DNA from: Felis catus
Lineage: Eukaryota
Length of the DNA stretch: 64,000 bases
NCBI RefSeq assembly: GCF_018350175.1
Contig: NC_058368.1
Coordinates: 166,906,001-166,970,000, forward strand
Reading direction: 5' to 3'
Each line of letters starts with the position of its first letter. The first letter of the stretch is position 1. The notes beneath the pieces were generated by a model. It had not been told where the DNA came from and searched no databases. It saw only the letters and a program-made list of their open reading frames with translations. The translations under genes were made by a program, and so were the position numbers. Shown in pieces: positions 63,641-64,000 of this stretch.

Positions 63641-64000
63641 TGCTATACATGCCTAAAAGCAAATATTTTTAATATGTTAATCCTTTAGTGGGTTGTTAAG
63701 ACAAATGTAGTCAAGTGAGATGATAATAGGGCAGTTTGAGCTGAGCATCCATGCTATGTAGATGGCAAGGAAGACAGACAATGGTGCAAGGGTGAGTCAC
63801 AATGAAAAACACTGAGTCCTCACCTTAGAAATATCAAACACCATCTGTCTCACAATTCATTGATCACTTTTTAGCATTTTGTATAATGCTGTATTTTTTA
63901 AATTATTTTCAACATATACATTTTACATTGATAATAATAAAATTGTTCATTTTCATGATGTCTTTGTTAGGTCAATTATATTTCTTAGTTTCTGTTGCTT

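Noticed and set aside
1..64000. The short six-frame ORFs (60-126 aa) as genes
   Set aside because: Lengths fit chance expectation. Many are translations of SINEs (ERERE, SLSLSL), microsatellites (IYIY, CVCV, YYYY) or poly-A/T. No recognisable host protein or consistent exon chain.
1..64000. A novel prokaryotic-style system (CRISPR, operon, defence island)
   Set aside because: The sequence is mammalian repeat-rich non-coding DNA with no gene-dense region or repeat-spacer array.

Overview
Non-coding, AT-rich mammalian genomic DNA from a cat-family (feliform) animal. The assignment rests on 16 tRNA-derived Can-SINEs, three of them near-consensus SINEC_Fc-type copies. I find no credible protein-coding gene, RNA gene, CRISPR array or prokaryotic system, and the listed ORFs are chance frames or repeat-derived. 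The window is a mosaic of SINEs, decayed L1/L2/MIR, solo LTRs (MLT1, MLT2, MER21-like, two MER34-like, LTR33-like), DNA-transposon fossils (MER5A, MER45, Charlie4a, Tigger2a, MER53) and microsatellites. The most notable observations are: an old ERV-L remnant whose pro-pol segment is inverted relative to its gag/LTR (about 40950-43900); a candidate recursive splice site (AG|GTAAGT) on the minus strand at 57182/57181; a sharp-edged 122-bp dispersed duplication; a recent mosaic tandem triplication; and a possible L1 3' transduction. Repeat family names come from recalled consensus sequences, not a database search, and boundaries of old repeats are approximate.
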